From Clostridia bacterium (GTDB lineage Bacteria; Bacillota; Clostridia; Oscillospirales; Acutalibacteraceae), in assembly GCA_017549285.1 (NCBI GenBank), contig JAFYVE010000046.1, forward strand, positions 2,294 through 66,293: a stretch of DNA of 64,000 nucleotides, in the 5' to 3' direction. The translations under genes were made by a program, and so were the position numbers. The notes beneath the pieces are model-generated. The model was not told where the DNA came from and did no database searches. It saw only the letters and a list, made by a program, of their open reading frames with translations. Position 1 is the first letter of the stretch; each line of letters opens with the position of its first letter. This document shows, in pieces, positions 35,308 through 44,419 of the stretch.

Positions 35308-35336
35308 AGTATAGAACAAATGTTCTGTCTTGTCAA
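35308..35336 (-). promoter_or_regulatory. Promoter (TTGACA-17-TATACT) with embedded LexA/Cheo box AGAACAAATGTTCT
   Basis: The -35 is at 35336-35331 and the -10 at 35313-35308. The palindrome GAAC-N4-GTTC at 35313-35326 lies in the spacer. Confidence 0.6.
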
Positions 35337-35379
35337 TAGAAATATAAAAAAGAGCTATACATAAAGTATAGCTCATATA

Positions 35380-36765
35380 TTATTCTCTTACAGGTTCGTC
35401 AGAATTTTTCAGGCGTAATTTTGCGTCCTGAGAAGTGAGAATACCGTTTTTATCAAAGCCGTTACAGATAAAATTTTTACCTGTGAGGTTATCAATGTTT
35501 TCGGCAATTTTGTTTGCTGCAATTCTTGCATCTGCAGAAGTCAGTCTTGAGTCACCGTTTCTGTCACCGTTGAGATGCTCGTGTTTTTCACCTACACATA
35601 TTACATTGTCGCTGTAAAGGATTGAACTGTTGTTATTATCGTCAATAATGGTGACACTTGCCTGATAAGAACCTTTATGTTTAAGGGTGTATGTGAAAGT
35701 ATTGTCGGAACTGAAAGTGCCGTTATATATTTTTATGCCGTCCCTGTAAATATAGAAAGCATAGAATTCTTTTTTGCCTGTATCTGTACGGGCTGTCCAT
35801 GTTACATCAGTACCACTGAAAACAGCAGGACGGTCTGCCGAAAGATACTGTTTACGAAGATCGCTTGCAACAGATTCGGGGGAGTCTGCTTTTGCTGAGT
35901 CAGAAATTTTTTCGGTTGTGATTGAGAGCCTGAGTGCATAATCAAGGTGAATCCAGCCCACGTGACTGTCATAACGGATTTTACCCCATTTGCCCCTGAC
36001 TTCGGTTACAGATACCTTATCGTTGTTCTGAAGAAGGCCGAGCGACTGTGAATCACTGTCAGCTCTCTTTCTTATCTGAAGCATATCTGAAGTGATAATG
36101 TATTCACCGGGGATATATGTTCTGTTTGCGGTTACCCATCCGTCGGGAGTTTCCGAAGATCCTGAATAATGCTCTGTGTTGTCATTCTTTGCAAAGTAAA
36201 TACAGCCGTAGGGATTACCGTTCATTCTTCTGTATGCAGCAATAAATGTATCAAGAGGAAGAACTGTGCCCGAGCCTTCGGGATAATAACGTCCGTTGTA
36301 TGAGTTGCCGAATGAATCTGCAAAATAGACATAACCGTCAATTATTGCACGGATATACATAGCGTGATTGGGTCCGCTTGAACCGCCGGTACCGAGTGAA
36401 TAAACGATATTGTAAATTTCGTTACCGTATTGTTCAATAAGATCGTAAAGACAGTTTTTGCCGCTGATTGTTATTACATTGTAACCGCCTGATGTCTTAT
36501 TGATATTTTTGAAATGACCGTACCACAGATTACCTGAGCCTGAAAAATCAAGCTGACCTTTGTAAATGCCCATAGCTTTGAGCTGATAAGCTGTTGCAAG
36601 GTTGCATCTGCCGTAGAATGAGTTTCTGCCTGACATTGAAAGTGCTGTATTATAGTTGGCGGTAATGCTGTTTACAAGATCTCTGTTATAAGCTGAAGCC
36701 GAAACAGTAAATACTCCTGAAAGCATTATCGCAGCAAGCAGAATTGTTATGAGTTTTTTCTTCAT
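35380..36765 (-). CDS. Secreted protein: papain-like Cys-peptidase-like domain + SH3b + Ig-like repeat + dockerin
   Basis: Signal peptide MKKKLITILLAAIMLSGVFTVSA. Candidate Cys (GRCNLATAY), His (PNHAMYI), Asp. SH3b-like VSVTEVRGKWGKIRYDSHVGWIHLDY. C-terminal GDRNGDSRLTSADARI...FDKNGILTSQDAKL. ATG 36765 follows GGAGAA; the track start at 36828 overlaps the upstream gene. Confidence 0.55.
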   Translation of the reverse strand: MKKKLITILLAAIMLSGVFTVSASAYNRDLVNSITANYNTALSMSGRNSFYGRCNLATAYQLKAMGIYKGQLDFSGSGNLWYGHFKNINKTSGGYNVITISGKNCLYDLIEQYGNEIYNIVYSLGTGGSSGPNHAMYIRAIIDGYVYFADSFGNSYNGRYYPEGSGTVLPLDTFIAAYRRMNGNPYGCIYFAKNDNTEHYSGSSETPDGWVTANRTYIPGEYIITSDMLQIRKRADSDSQSLGLLQNNDKVSVTEVRGKWGKIRYDSHVGWIHLDYALRLSITTEKISDSAKADSPESVASDLRKQYLSADRPAVFSGTDVTWTARTDTGKKEFYAFYIYRDGIKIYNGTFSSDNTFTYTLKHKGSYQASVTIIDDNNNSSILYSDNVICVGEKHEHLNGDRNGDSRLTSADARIAANKIAENIDNLTGKNFICNGFDKNGILTSQDAKLRLKNSDEPVRE

Positions 36766-36781
36766 TAAATTCTCCGTTTCT

Positions 36782-38800
36782 TTAAAAAGTTTCCAGGTGT
36801 GCGGACACACGCAGAATAAGTCTTGCATCGGCAGCTGAAATTTTGCCGTCTGCAGTTACATCAATTGCATAGAAAACCGATTTATCATATGTTTCAAGCA
36901 TTGCTGAGCATCTGAGTGTGAATCTCGCATCACTTGCATTGACTTTGCCGTCACAATTTGCATCACCTTTCAGTGCAGTTTCCTGTACGGTCAGCATACC
37001 ACCTGAAGCATCTGCTGTGGTGCCGTCTGCATCTGTTACCGTGACTGAGGCTGTATAAACACCGGTTTCATAAACTGTAAATGTGAATGTATCTGTTGTG
37101 AGCCTATCTGATGTAAAAATAAGCTCATCATTACAATATATACTGAAAACGCAGGAATATGACCCTGTACCGCCGATTATATCAGCTTTGCAGGAAACAT
37201 CCTGACCGTAAACAGCATATTTTTTTGAAAAAGTGACATTATCTGCAGAAATCTGCCTGATAACTCTGATATCGGCACTTTTTTGTGTAACAACCTGTGA
37301 ACGTGAATCCATTACGGTTACTGTTACATTGTAAACACCGTCATCACTGAATATATATGAAAAAGTATTACGCTCTGAAAACTTAGTGCTGTGAATACTT
37401 TTGTCATCTTTGTAAACTGTATAGGAATACTTAAGCTGACCTTCTCCGCCTGATGTGCTGACTGTCCATAAGCAGGAGTCACCGACCATAGCAGATGTGG
37501 TTTTTGAAGTTACAGATTCTATTGTTATCGGCGTAAAAATGTCAATTTTATTGCTTGTTACCGTTGCAGTAGTGTCTGCTGACATATCTTTTACGTTCAC
37601 AACAACGTAATAAGAACCTGTTTTTGTAACTGTATAAGAAAAATCAGAAAAATCGTTGAACTTTCTCTTATCAATTATAATATTATCTCTGTAAAGAATG
37701 AATTCATACTGATAATTGCCGCTTCCGTTTACAGCTGTTGCGTGCCATCTGATTGATGTGCCTACTCCGCTGCCTGATTTTGCAGTAACAGTGATTGTGA
37801 GGGGAGGGGTTGCAGGTTCAGCTTCGGGAACGGTTATTATATTGAGTTCTGCCGAAATGTAATTGCCTGCTTCATCAAAAACATATATATATGTGCAGTA
37901 TTCCCCGGCTTTTGAACCGAAATCAGCAATATTTACAGTGCAGGAGGCATTATCTTTGTTTTTATAAGAAAACCATTTTGCAGAATTGATGCCGTCATCT
38001 TTTCTGTAAACAACGAAATATATAGTTGCAACCTTTTCATTGTCGGAAGCCTTACAGGAAACAGTATAGCCGTTGCTTGTAAGGTCTGAAATTAAAACAT
38101 CTGAGATTTCGGGTGCAGTTTTATCAGTTTCATAAGAAGGACTGTCACCGTAATCTGCCCAGTTGACCGTTGCACAGAAGTTATATGTCTTTACACGGCG
38201 CCAGTTCTTGCTGGAGTTTTCATATAATGTTGCAAGATTTACTTTGCCGAATACCGATAACGTCTGATAATAGTAATTCTTTGCTCCTGTTGCACCGTTC
38301 TGGTTTTCATAATCGGCAAAGAATACAAGGGCTTCGGGTTCATTGATTCCGAGTGAAATACCGTGATTGATATAATCACTTACGTATTTCCACGCAGTTT
38401 TATCTTGAATATAATGACTTTCTGATGTTGAAAGCAGAACAGAAATTGCATTTGCTTCCTCAATTGTAGGGATTTTTGTTTCCCAGTATGTCGAAGTAAC
38501 AATTTCATTATAAAGTGTTGCGCCGAGAATGTTTACTGCCTGAGAAGGATTCATCGCAACGATATCTTTGAGAAGATTAAGCGCATTTGTTGCGTGCCAG
38601 CATATTTTGCCGATGCTCAGAGCGCCCACGTCATTTCTGACAACTGTCGTGTAGTTGCCTTCGTTTGACATAATGATTTCTGTTGCCGCATTAACCATCT
38701 GATTGAAAGAAGGTTTTGCATAAGATGTAAGGGGATAAGCCGTAATTATAAGAATAATTGCCATTACTGATGAAACTATCTTGCAGAGTCTGCTTTTCAT
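36782..38800 (-). CDS. Secreted protein: lysozyme-like N-terminal domain + repeated Ig-like (YYY-type) modules + dockerin
   Basis: Signal peptide. NEGNYTTVVRNDVGALSIGKICWH resembles phage-tail-lysozyme/GH24-like motifs. Three ~95-aa repeats (GSGNYQYEFILYRD.., GGEGQLKYSYTVYKD.., GGTGSYSCVFSIYCND..). C-terminal DANCDGKVNASDARFTL...DVTADGKISAADARLIL is a two-segment dockerin. Confidence 0.6.
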   Translation of the reverse strand: MKSRLCKIVSSVMAIILIITAYPLTSYAKPSFNQMVNAATEIIMSNEGNYTTVVRNDVGALSIGKICWHATNALNLLKDIVAMNPSQAVNILGATLYNEIVTSTYWETKIPTIEEANAISVLLSTSESHYIQDKTAWKYVSDYINHGISLGINEPEALVFFADYENQNGATGAKNYYYQTLSVFGKVNLATLYENSSKNWRRVKTYNFCATVNWADYGDSPSYETDKTAPEISDVLISDLTSNGYTVSCKASDNEKVATIYFVVYRKDDGINSAKWFSYKNKDNASCTVNIADFGSKAGEYCTYIYVFDEAGNYISAELNIITVPEAEPATPPLTITVTAKSGSGVGTSIRWHATAVNGSGNYQYEFILYRDNIIIDKRKFNDFSDFSYTVTKTGSYYVVVNVKDMSADTTATVTSNKIDIFTPITIESVTSKTTSAMVGDSCLWTVSTSGGEGQLKYSYTVYKDDKSIHSTKFSERNTFSYIFSDDGVYNVTVTVMDSRSQVVTQKSADIRVIRQISADNVTFSKKYAVYGQDVSCKADIIGGTGSYSCVFSIYCNDELIFTSDRLTTDTFTFTVYETGVYTASVTVTDADGTTADASGGMLTVQETALKGDANCDGKVNASDARFTLRCSAMLETYDKSVFYAIDVTADGKISAADARLILRVSAHLETF

Positions 38801-39178
38801 GGCTTTTCACCTTTTTTCATATTTGTTAAAAGGGCATAATGACAATGTCTGCGCCTTTACAGCTTGATATAATACCATTATTCGTCATTTTAGTCAATAA
38901 CAAAGCGGTATTTTTGTTGGGTTATGACAAACAATATAATATGTTATATATATATTTGTTAAGTATTACAACGTTTTTGTCGGAAATAATGCATTTCCGG
39001 TTACATATGTGCACGTCGGTATTGGTAAAATAAGATGCAAAGATTGTTTTAATGTACAATATTGTCGAATATGCCTATTTGGAAAAAATGTTCATTGTTT
39101 GTTCATTTTTATGAAATGAATAGAACATAAATATATCTTATAATAATAAACGTATAAAAAAGAACGGAGGGAAATAGA

Positions 39179-39298
39179 ATGGGCGCAGTTATGGGTAACC
39201 TTGCAGCAGCAGTAGAATTCATCAAGAGCTTCTTCCAGATGATCATGGACTTCTTTGCAGGTCTTTTCGGTGGAGAAGATGCTTCAGCAGCTGAATAA
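39179..39298 (+). CDS. 39-aa hydrophobic/amphipathic anionic peptide (not in ORF track)
   Basis: ATG lies 7 nt after ACGGAGGGA. Sequence MGAVMGNLAAAVEFIKSFFQMIMDFFAGLFGGEDASAAE. Terminator immediately downstream. Confidence 0.55.
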   Translation: MGAVMGNLAAAVEFIKSFFQMIMDFFAGLFGGEDASAAE

Positions 39299-39311
39299 TT
39301 TATGAAATGAT

Positions 39312-39344
39312 AACGCCTCTGTAAAGGGGCGTTGTTTCTTTTTA
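39312..39344 (+). terminator. Rho-independent terminator
   Basis: Stem aacgcctct/aggggcgtt (one G:U), loop gtaa, T-rich tail. Confidence 0.7.
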
Positions 39345-39435
39345 TGCAGCAAAATATTTTATATTTATGTATTGCATTTCTTGGTTTTATTTGTTAAAAT
39401 ATAATCGAAATTATATCCGATGAAAGGTGATAAAA

Positions 39436-40611
39436 ATGAAACTTACAAAAAAAGTTCTTGCAGTTGTTCTTGCAATGCTTATGCTCACAGCTACTTTTGC
39501 TATGACAGCTTCTGCAAACGTTTCAGATTACATCCTCAAGTTCAATGAAGACGGCAAATTCAAGATTATGATGTTTGCTGACAGTCAGGATGACGATGAT
39601 CTTGAAGAAACAACAGCTCAGCTTATGAGAGAAGCTCTTGCTGCTTACACACCTGACCTTGTTATCTATATGGGCGACAACTCAGTTGCTCCCGGTGAAA
39701 AACAGGCAGATGCTATCGCTGCAATTGTTGCTCCCGTTATTGAAGCAGGCGTTCCCTTCACAGTTGTTTTTGGTAACCATGATCAGGAACAGGGCGTTCC
39801 CAACGAAGATCTTCTCAAGGAATATCAGAAGTTCCCCGGTTGCCTTGCATATGATGCAGTTCCTTCTCTTTACGGCTGTGGTAACCACAACCTTCCCATC
39901 CTCGCTTCAAACGGTATCGGTGTTGCATTCAATCTCTGGATGATTGACTCAGGTACAACAACTGCAGAAGCAGGCGGTTATGACTATGTCCGTGAAGACC
40001 AGATCAACTGGTACAAGGATACAGCAAAAGCTCTTTCACTTCTCAACGGCGGTGAAGTTGTTCCTGCTATGGCATTCCAGCACATCATTGTTCCCGAAGT
40101 TTATGATGCACTCGGTATGATGAAGATTCCCTTCGGTGTCGGCGAATGGACATTCGACGGTCAGGCATATCTTCCCATTCCCAACTTCGGTTCATTCACA
40201 GGCTTCCTTTTCGAGCCTCCCTGCCCCTCACACATCAACGGCGGTCAGTTCGATGCATGGGTTGAAACAGGCGATGTTATGGCTACATTCTACGGTCATG
40301 ACCACGTTAACAGCTTCACAACAACTTATGAAGGCATTGATATCACAACTGTTCCCACAGTAGGCTGCAATTCATACAGCAATGATATGAACAGAGGTGT
40401 AGGCCTTATCACTCTTGATGAAAATGACCTTACAACATATGAATACGAAGTTCTTCCTATGTATGACTTCGCTCTTGCAGAAGGTTCAAAGATTCTTGAT
40501 TGCGAAGGCGCTCTCAGCAAAACAAGCTATCAGTTCAATAAGTTTATGGCTGAATTCCTTGCAAAGCTTCACAGCGTTTTCTCAGGTTTCTCACTTCCCT
40601 CATTTGGTTAA
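39436..40611 (+). CDS. Secreted metallophosphoesterase
   Basis: Signal peptide MKLTKKVLAVVLAMLMLTATFAMTASA; motifs MMFADSQDD, MGDNS, FGNHDQ, GHDHVNSF. Confidence 0.7.
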   Translation: MKLTKKVLAVVLAMLMLTATFAMTASANVSDYILKFNEDGKFKIMMFADSQDDDDLEETTAQLMREALAAYTPDLVIYMGDNSVAPGEKQADAIAAIVAPVIEAGVPFTVVFGNHDQEQGVPNEDLLKEYQKFPGCLAYDAVPSLYGCGNHNLPILASNGIGVAFNLWMIDSGTTTAEAGGYDYVREDQINWYKDTAKALSLLNGGEVVPAMAFQHIIVPEVYDALGMMKIPFGVGEWTFDGQAYLPIPNFGSFTGFLFEPPCPSHINGGQFDAWVETGDVMATFYGHDHVNSFTTTYEGIDITTVPTVGCNSYSNDMNRGVGLITLDENDLTTYEYEVLPMYDFALAEGSKILDCEGALSKTSYQFNKFMAEFLAKLHSVFSGFSLPSFG

Positions 40612-40633
40612 TTAATAACACTTGAATAATTCC

Positions 40634-40670
40634 GATAACCGTGCTATACTTAGTACGGTTATCTTTTTTT
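40634..40670 (+). terminator. Rho-independent terminator
   Basis: Stem gataaccgt/acggttatc plus T7. Confidence 0.8.
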
Positions 40671-40686
40671 GAAAGGAGTTGACAGA

Positions 40687-42525
40687 ATGAAAGCCTTTTC
40701 AGGTATTAAAAACACAGTTGTTGCCGTTATAATGACGGTGCTTGTTGTTCTGTCTGCTCCGGTTGATATTGTTTCTGTAAACGGTACCTTTTCATCGGGT
40801 GAAACCGACAATTCAGAAAAAACCGGCATTATCAATCTGAATGCACAGGATAACTCAACTGAATCTGTTCAGCCTGAAGCAATCATTCCGACATATAATA
40901 CCGATGATTATAAGGCACCCGAAACAAAAACGCCCGAAGGCACAGCAATAAAGCCCGAAGATATTCTGCCCGGTAAGGATGCTGAAATAAATCAGGTTCC
41001 GTCAGACAATGATGTATCGCACGACGGAACAATTGTTGTTCCCGCTTTGCTTAACAATATAATGCGTGATTCTCTCTCAACTACTGTTTCAAAAAAGGTA
41101 TATACATTTACTGCAGATGAACGTGGTGCCGTTGTTTATGCATTCAATCATAATCAGGCAACCAATACGGCATGTCTGTGGTATATCACTCTTTATGAGG
41201 AGTATTCTCCCGACGGAACGGGAAAAACAACTGCATACAGAGAACTCAACAGGCTTTCATATGAATATATCGGTAGAGGTGTTCAGTCATCAACAATCGG
41301 TGTGCTCCCGGGCAATTACAGACTTGTTGTTGAATGTGTTTCGGGACACACAGCAGATAAATATGATGTTCTCATAGGTTTCACGGCAACAAACGCTTAT
41401 GAAACGGAATGTAACGATTCACATTCAAGATATACTCATCTTCCCCTAAATAAAACGCTCAACGGCGGGGCAAGTATTTATTCTGATGATGCAAAAGACA
41501 CAGACTGCTATCTTTTCAGAATAACCGATGACGGCTATACAGTATTCTATTTTGACCACGAAGAAGATGCCGAGGGAGTGAATGGCACAATTGCCTGGAG
41601 AATAACCCTTGAGGATACTGATGGTAATGAATACTTTTATGCCACATCCGAAATGTCAAAAACATCAATCAACAGCGGTATAATGGGTCTTCCGAAGGGC
41701 TATTATTACCTTACTGTGTATTCGCACAACTACAGCAGAGTGGGTTATTCGGTTAATGTTTCATTCACTAAGGATGATGCAGTTGAATCCGAACCCAACG
41801 ATACACGTGAAACTGCTGATATTATTGAGCTCAACACCGAAAAGGTCGGTTCACTTACTTATCGAAGTGATAAATCTGACCGTGACTGGTTCACATTTGA
41901 AATGAAGAAGAACGGTTTTGTTGTTCTTGATTTCATTCACGAGGGACTTGTCGATGATAAGGATGGATGGAATATCAGAATCTCCTCTGAAGACGGCAGA
42001 GTTGCATACAGTACGGTTTCCGAGTGGAATCAGGCTGTCCTTCAGTCACCGTCAATCGGTCTTGAGGCAGGCAGATATTATATAAGTATTGATTCTGATA
42101 ACCTTTATCATAATCCAATCGTTTACAGACTCATTCTTATGTCTGTTGACAGCGCAGATTGGGAAACAGAGCCCAATAATGACCCCGAAACTGCAGATAT
42201 CATTTCAATTGGTGAAACCGTCAATGGTACAATGGTTGAAATGGGTACAGATTTCGATAAGGACTACTTTGCAATTGATATTGAAACTGCAGGCAAACTG
42301 AATGTTGCATTCGGTCACGTGATTACAGAAGAATCAGGCAAGGAAGGTTGGGTTGTTTCAATCGTCAACTCCGAAGGATATGTTGTTCAGACGGTTTCAT
42401 CCGATTGGGACAGCAAGGCAGTTGCTCTTTCTGCAGATGTAAAGGCAGGCAGATATTATATTCTTGTTGAAACGGGACTTTACTTCAATACTGCAAGATA
42501 TATGTTTATAACTTCATTAGAATAA
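40687..42525 (+). CDS. Secreted/anchored protein made of four PPC-like (pre-peptidase C-terminal type) modules
   Basis: N-terminal anchor. Modules begin ETECNDSHS, ESEPNDTRETAD and ETEPNNDPETAD, and contain DxDWF/DKDYF, as in PPC domains. ATG 40687 follows AAAGGAG. Confidence 0.6.
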   Translation: MKAFSGIKNTVVAVIMTVLVVLSAPVDIVSVNGTFSSGETDNSEKTGIINLNAQDNSTESVQPEAIIPTYNTDDYKAPETKTPEGTAIKPEDILPGKDAEINQVPSDNDVSHDGTIVVPALLNNIMRDSLSTTVSKKVYTFTADERGAVVYAFNHNQATNTACLWYITLYEEYSPDGTGKTTAYRELNRLSYEYIGRGVQSSTIGVLPGNYRLVVECVSGHTADKYDVLIGFTATNAYETECNDSHSRYTHLPLNKTLNGGASIYSDDAKDTDCYLFRITDDGYTVFYFDHEEDAEGVNGTIAWRITLEDTDGNEYFYATSEMSKTSINSGIMGLPKGYYYLTVYSHNYSRVGYSVNVSFTKDDAVESEPNDTRETADIIELNTEKVGSLTYRSDKSDRDWFTFEMKKNGFVVLDFIHEGLVDDKDGWNIRISSEDGRVAYSTVSEWNQAVLQSPSIGLEAGRYYISIDSDNLYHNPIVYRLILMSVDSADWETEPNNDPETADIISIGETVNGTMVEMGTDFDKDYFAIDIETAGKLNVAFGHVITEESGKEGWVVSIVNSEGYVVQTVSSDWDSKAVALSADVKAGRYYILVETGLYFNTARYMFITSLE

Positions 42526-42528
42526 GCA

Positions 42529-42565
42529 AAAACGATGTCGGTGAGTAACCGGCATCGTTTTGGTT
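42529..42565. terminator. Terminator between convergent genes
   Basis: Stem aaacgatgtcgg/ccggcatcgttt (one G:U) followed by ttggtttt. Confidence 0.7.
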
Positions 42566-43273
42566 TTATCTGAATTGAGCAATTATCGGCAGATGATCCG
42601 AGCACACTTCTGTTATTGTATGAGCATTTATGCATTCAAGACCTCTGTAAAAGATGTAGTCAATTTTTATTCTCGGTTTGTCTGACGGGTAAGTTTTTAC
42701 ATCGTGGTTATCTGATTTATCCTGCGTATCCGAAAGTCTTTCTTTTATCGGATCAAAAACGGGATCGTCAGGCTCTGCGTTGAAATCCCCCATAAGTATA
42801 ACAGGCAAATCAGTTGCATCAATTATTGTGCAAATTGTTTTAACTGCATTTTTTCTTTCTTTTTTCGCAAGTCCCATATGAGTCACAAGAAAACAGATGT
42901 CTTTGTCTTCAATATTGATAACGGCTTTTATAACGCACCTTGTTTCATATGATGCGGGTTCAAGTTTTATAACGGGATCAGGTATTTTAATCGTTTCGGC
43001 ACTCTTTATTGCGTTACGGCTAAGAATGGCATTACCGTAAGGTGAATTCTTTTTCACTTTTATGGCTTCACCGAAGTAACGGTTATAACCCGTCCTGTCA
43101 CCGAGAATGTCAGTCTGGTTGGTGTAGTCTTTTTCGGGGCCTTCACCTCTTACTTCATTGAGTCCGCACACATCGGGTGAATGTTTCTTTATAAAATCTG
43201 CAAAAAGGTCAAAATCTATCACTCGGTTTGTGTAATCAAGACAATGCTGAATATTGAATGTCATTATTTTCAT
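42566..43273 (-). CDS. Endonuclease/exonuclease/phosphatase (EEP) family protein
   Basis: MTFNIQHC, GLNEV, LMGDFN, CSDHLPI. Confidence 0.8.
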   Translation of the reverse strand: MKIMTFNIQHCLDYTNRVIDFDLFADFIKKHSPDVCGLNEVRGEGPEKDYTNQTDILGDRTGYNRYFGEAIKVKKNSPYGNAILSRNAIKSAETIKIPDPVIKLEPASYETRCVIKAVINIEDKDICFLVTHMGLAKKERKNAVKTICTIIDATDLPVILMGDFNAEPDDPVFDPIKERLSDTQDKSDNHDVKTYPSDKPRIKIDYIFYRGLECINAHTITEVCSDHLPIIAQFR

Positions 43274-43298
43274 AAAATCACCGTCCGTTATGATTATA

Positions 43299-43781
43299 TC
43301 AGTATGTATTTACTCCGTCAATATGCAAAAACCTTGCAACTGCGTAATCATAGGTTGATAAAGGTCTGTCGAGCGCATCATTTGTGTGTGCCGCAATAAG
43401 AATGGTCGGCTGAGTTCTCAGAATAAAAAGTGAATGATAAAAATCACCATAGCTGTTGCCAAGTTGAATGATATCACCCGCAACGGCTGAACTTTCATTC
43501 ACTTCACTTGCAAAAGGACCGTAAGAACGGTTTGTTGTAAGAAAATTATAAAGATATTCAACTCCTGTCCACGCCGCAGCTCTGTCATAAAGTGAACGGT
43601 AATACCAGCCCAGGTCGGGAGTAAAATTCATAACACCTGCACCTGCATAAATGCATTGTGAAACAAAGTTTGTGCAGTCACCGCCGATTGATGAAAAATC
43701 AAAATAACGGGGATTTCGCCCTAAAGCCCATCTTCTTGCATAGCTTATCGCTTCGGCTCTGTTATACTGAATTGTTCTCAT
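43299..43781 (-). CDS. Putative amidase-domain protein (Amidase_6-like)
   Basis: YNRAEAISYARRWALGRNPRYFDF..GGDCTNFVSQCIYAGAG. Confidence 0.7.
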   Translation of the reverse strand: MRTIQYNRAEAISYARRWALGRNPRYFDFSSIGGDCTNFVSQCIYAGAGVMNFTPDLGWYYRSLYDRAAAWTGVEYLYNFLTTNRSYGPFASEVNESSAVAGDIIQLGNSYGDFYHSLFILRTQPTILIAAHTNDALDRPLSTYDYAVARFLHIDGVNTY

Positions 43782-43868
43782 AAAAACACCTCTTTCATTT
43801 TTATCATATGCATATCAGCATTCACTTGTCAGTATCCTGAAGCATATAGTGTTAGGGGAGGTGATATT

Positions 43869-44273
43869 ATGAATATTTGCGGTTGCAAAACCAAATGTGA
43901 TTGCACAATTATTGCCGTTATTGTGAGCATTATAGCAGGTATAGTTGCAACATTCCTGAATTTTTCAGGCACAATTGCAATTCCTCAGTTTGTGCTTTGG
44001 ATTTTCTTCGGTGTGGCACTCGGACTTCTCGGTCTTTCACTTGTTGCAGCTCCGTTTATAGGCAAAAGAGAGTCAGGCACCTGTTTATGCACTTCTCTCA
44101 TAGCATTCTTTGTCGGTATTTTCGGAACGGTGCTGTTTTCTCTTGTTCTTGTTCTTATTGATATTGCTGCAGGCGGAATTCTTGCTTCAATTCTTACAGG
44201 TCTGCTTATAGGATTGTTCGCATTGGCAATAACTTCGGCAGCGTGTATAGTAAAAAATCTTTTTGATTGTTAA
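43869..44273 (+). CDS. Small polytopic membrane protein with Cys-rich N-terminus
   Basis: MNICGCKTKCDC, then 4 predicted TM segments. Strong RBS GGGGAGGTGA. Confidence 0.55.
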   Translation: MNICGCKTKCDCTIIAVIVSIIAGIVATFLNFSGTIAIPQFVLWIFFGVALGLLGLSLVAAPFIGKRESGTCLCTSLIAFFVGIFGTVLFSLVLVLIDIAAGGILASILTGLLIGLFALAITSAACIVKNLFDC

Positions 44274-44419
44274 CGTTATTTCGGGGGATGTATCGGGAGG
44301 TACATCCCTTTATTTAAATTTTTTAACAAAAGTGCTCAAAAACCTTGCAATTTGATGAATGTTATTGTACAATAATAACACATAATATGTGTAAACAATA
44401 AAACAAGGAGGTATTTTTA

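Noticed and set aside
34997-38800. An intact prophage around the DUF6291-like gene and the lysozyme-like gene.
   Set aside because: There is no integrase, terminase, capsid, tail or holin gene. The lytic-enzyme genes carry signal peptides and dockerins, which are host-type secreted proteins. At most this is a single-gene phage remnant.
44378-44392. Palindrome acacata-a-tatgtgt at the predicted +1 of the phosphoribosyltransferase gene, considered as a PurR/PyrR-type operator.
   Set aside because: It has 7-bp arms in AT-rich DNA with no match to a known operator consensus that I can recall. That is too weak to report as a regulatory site.
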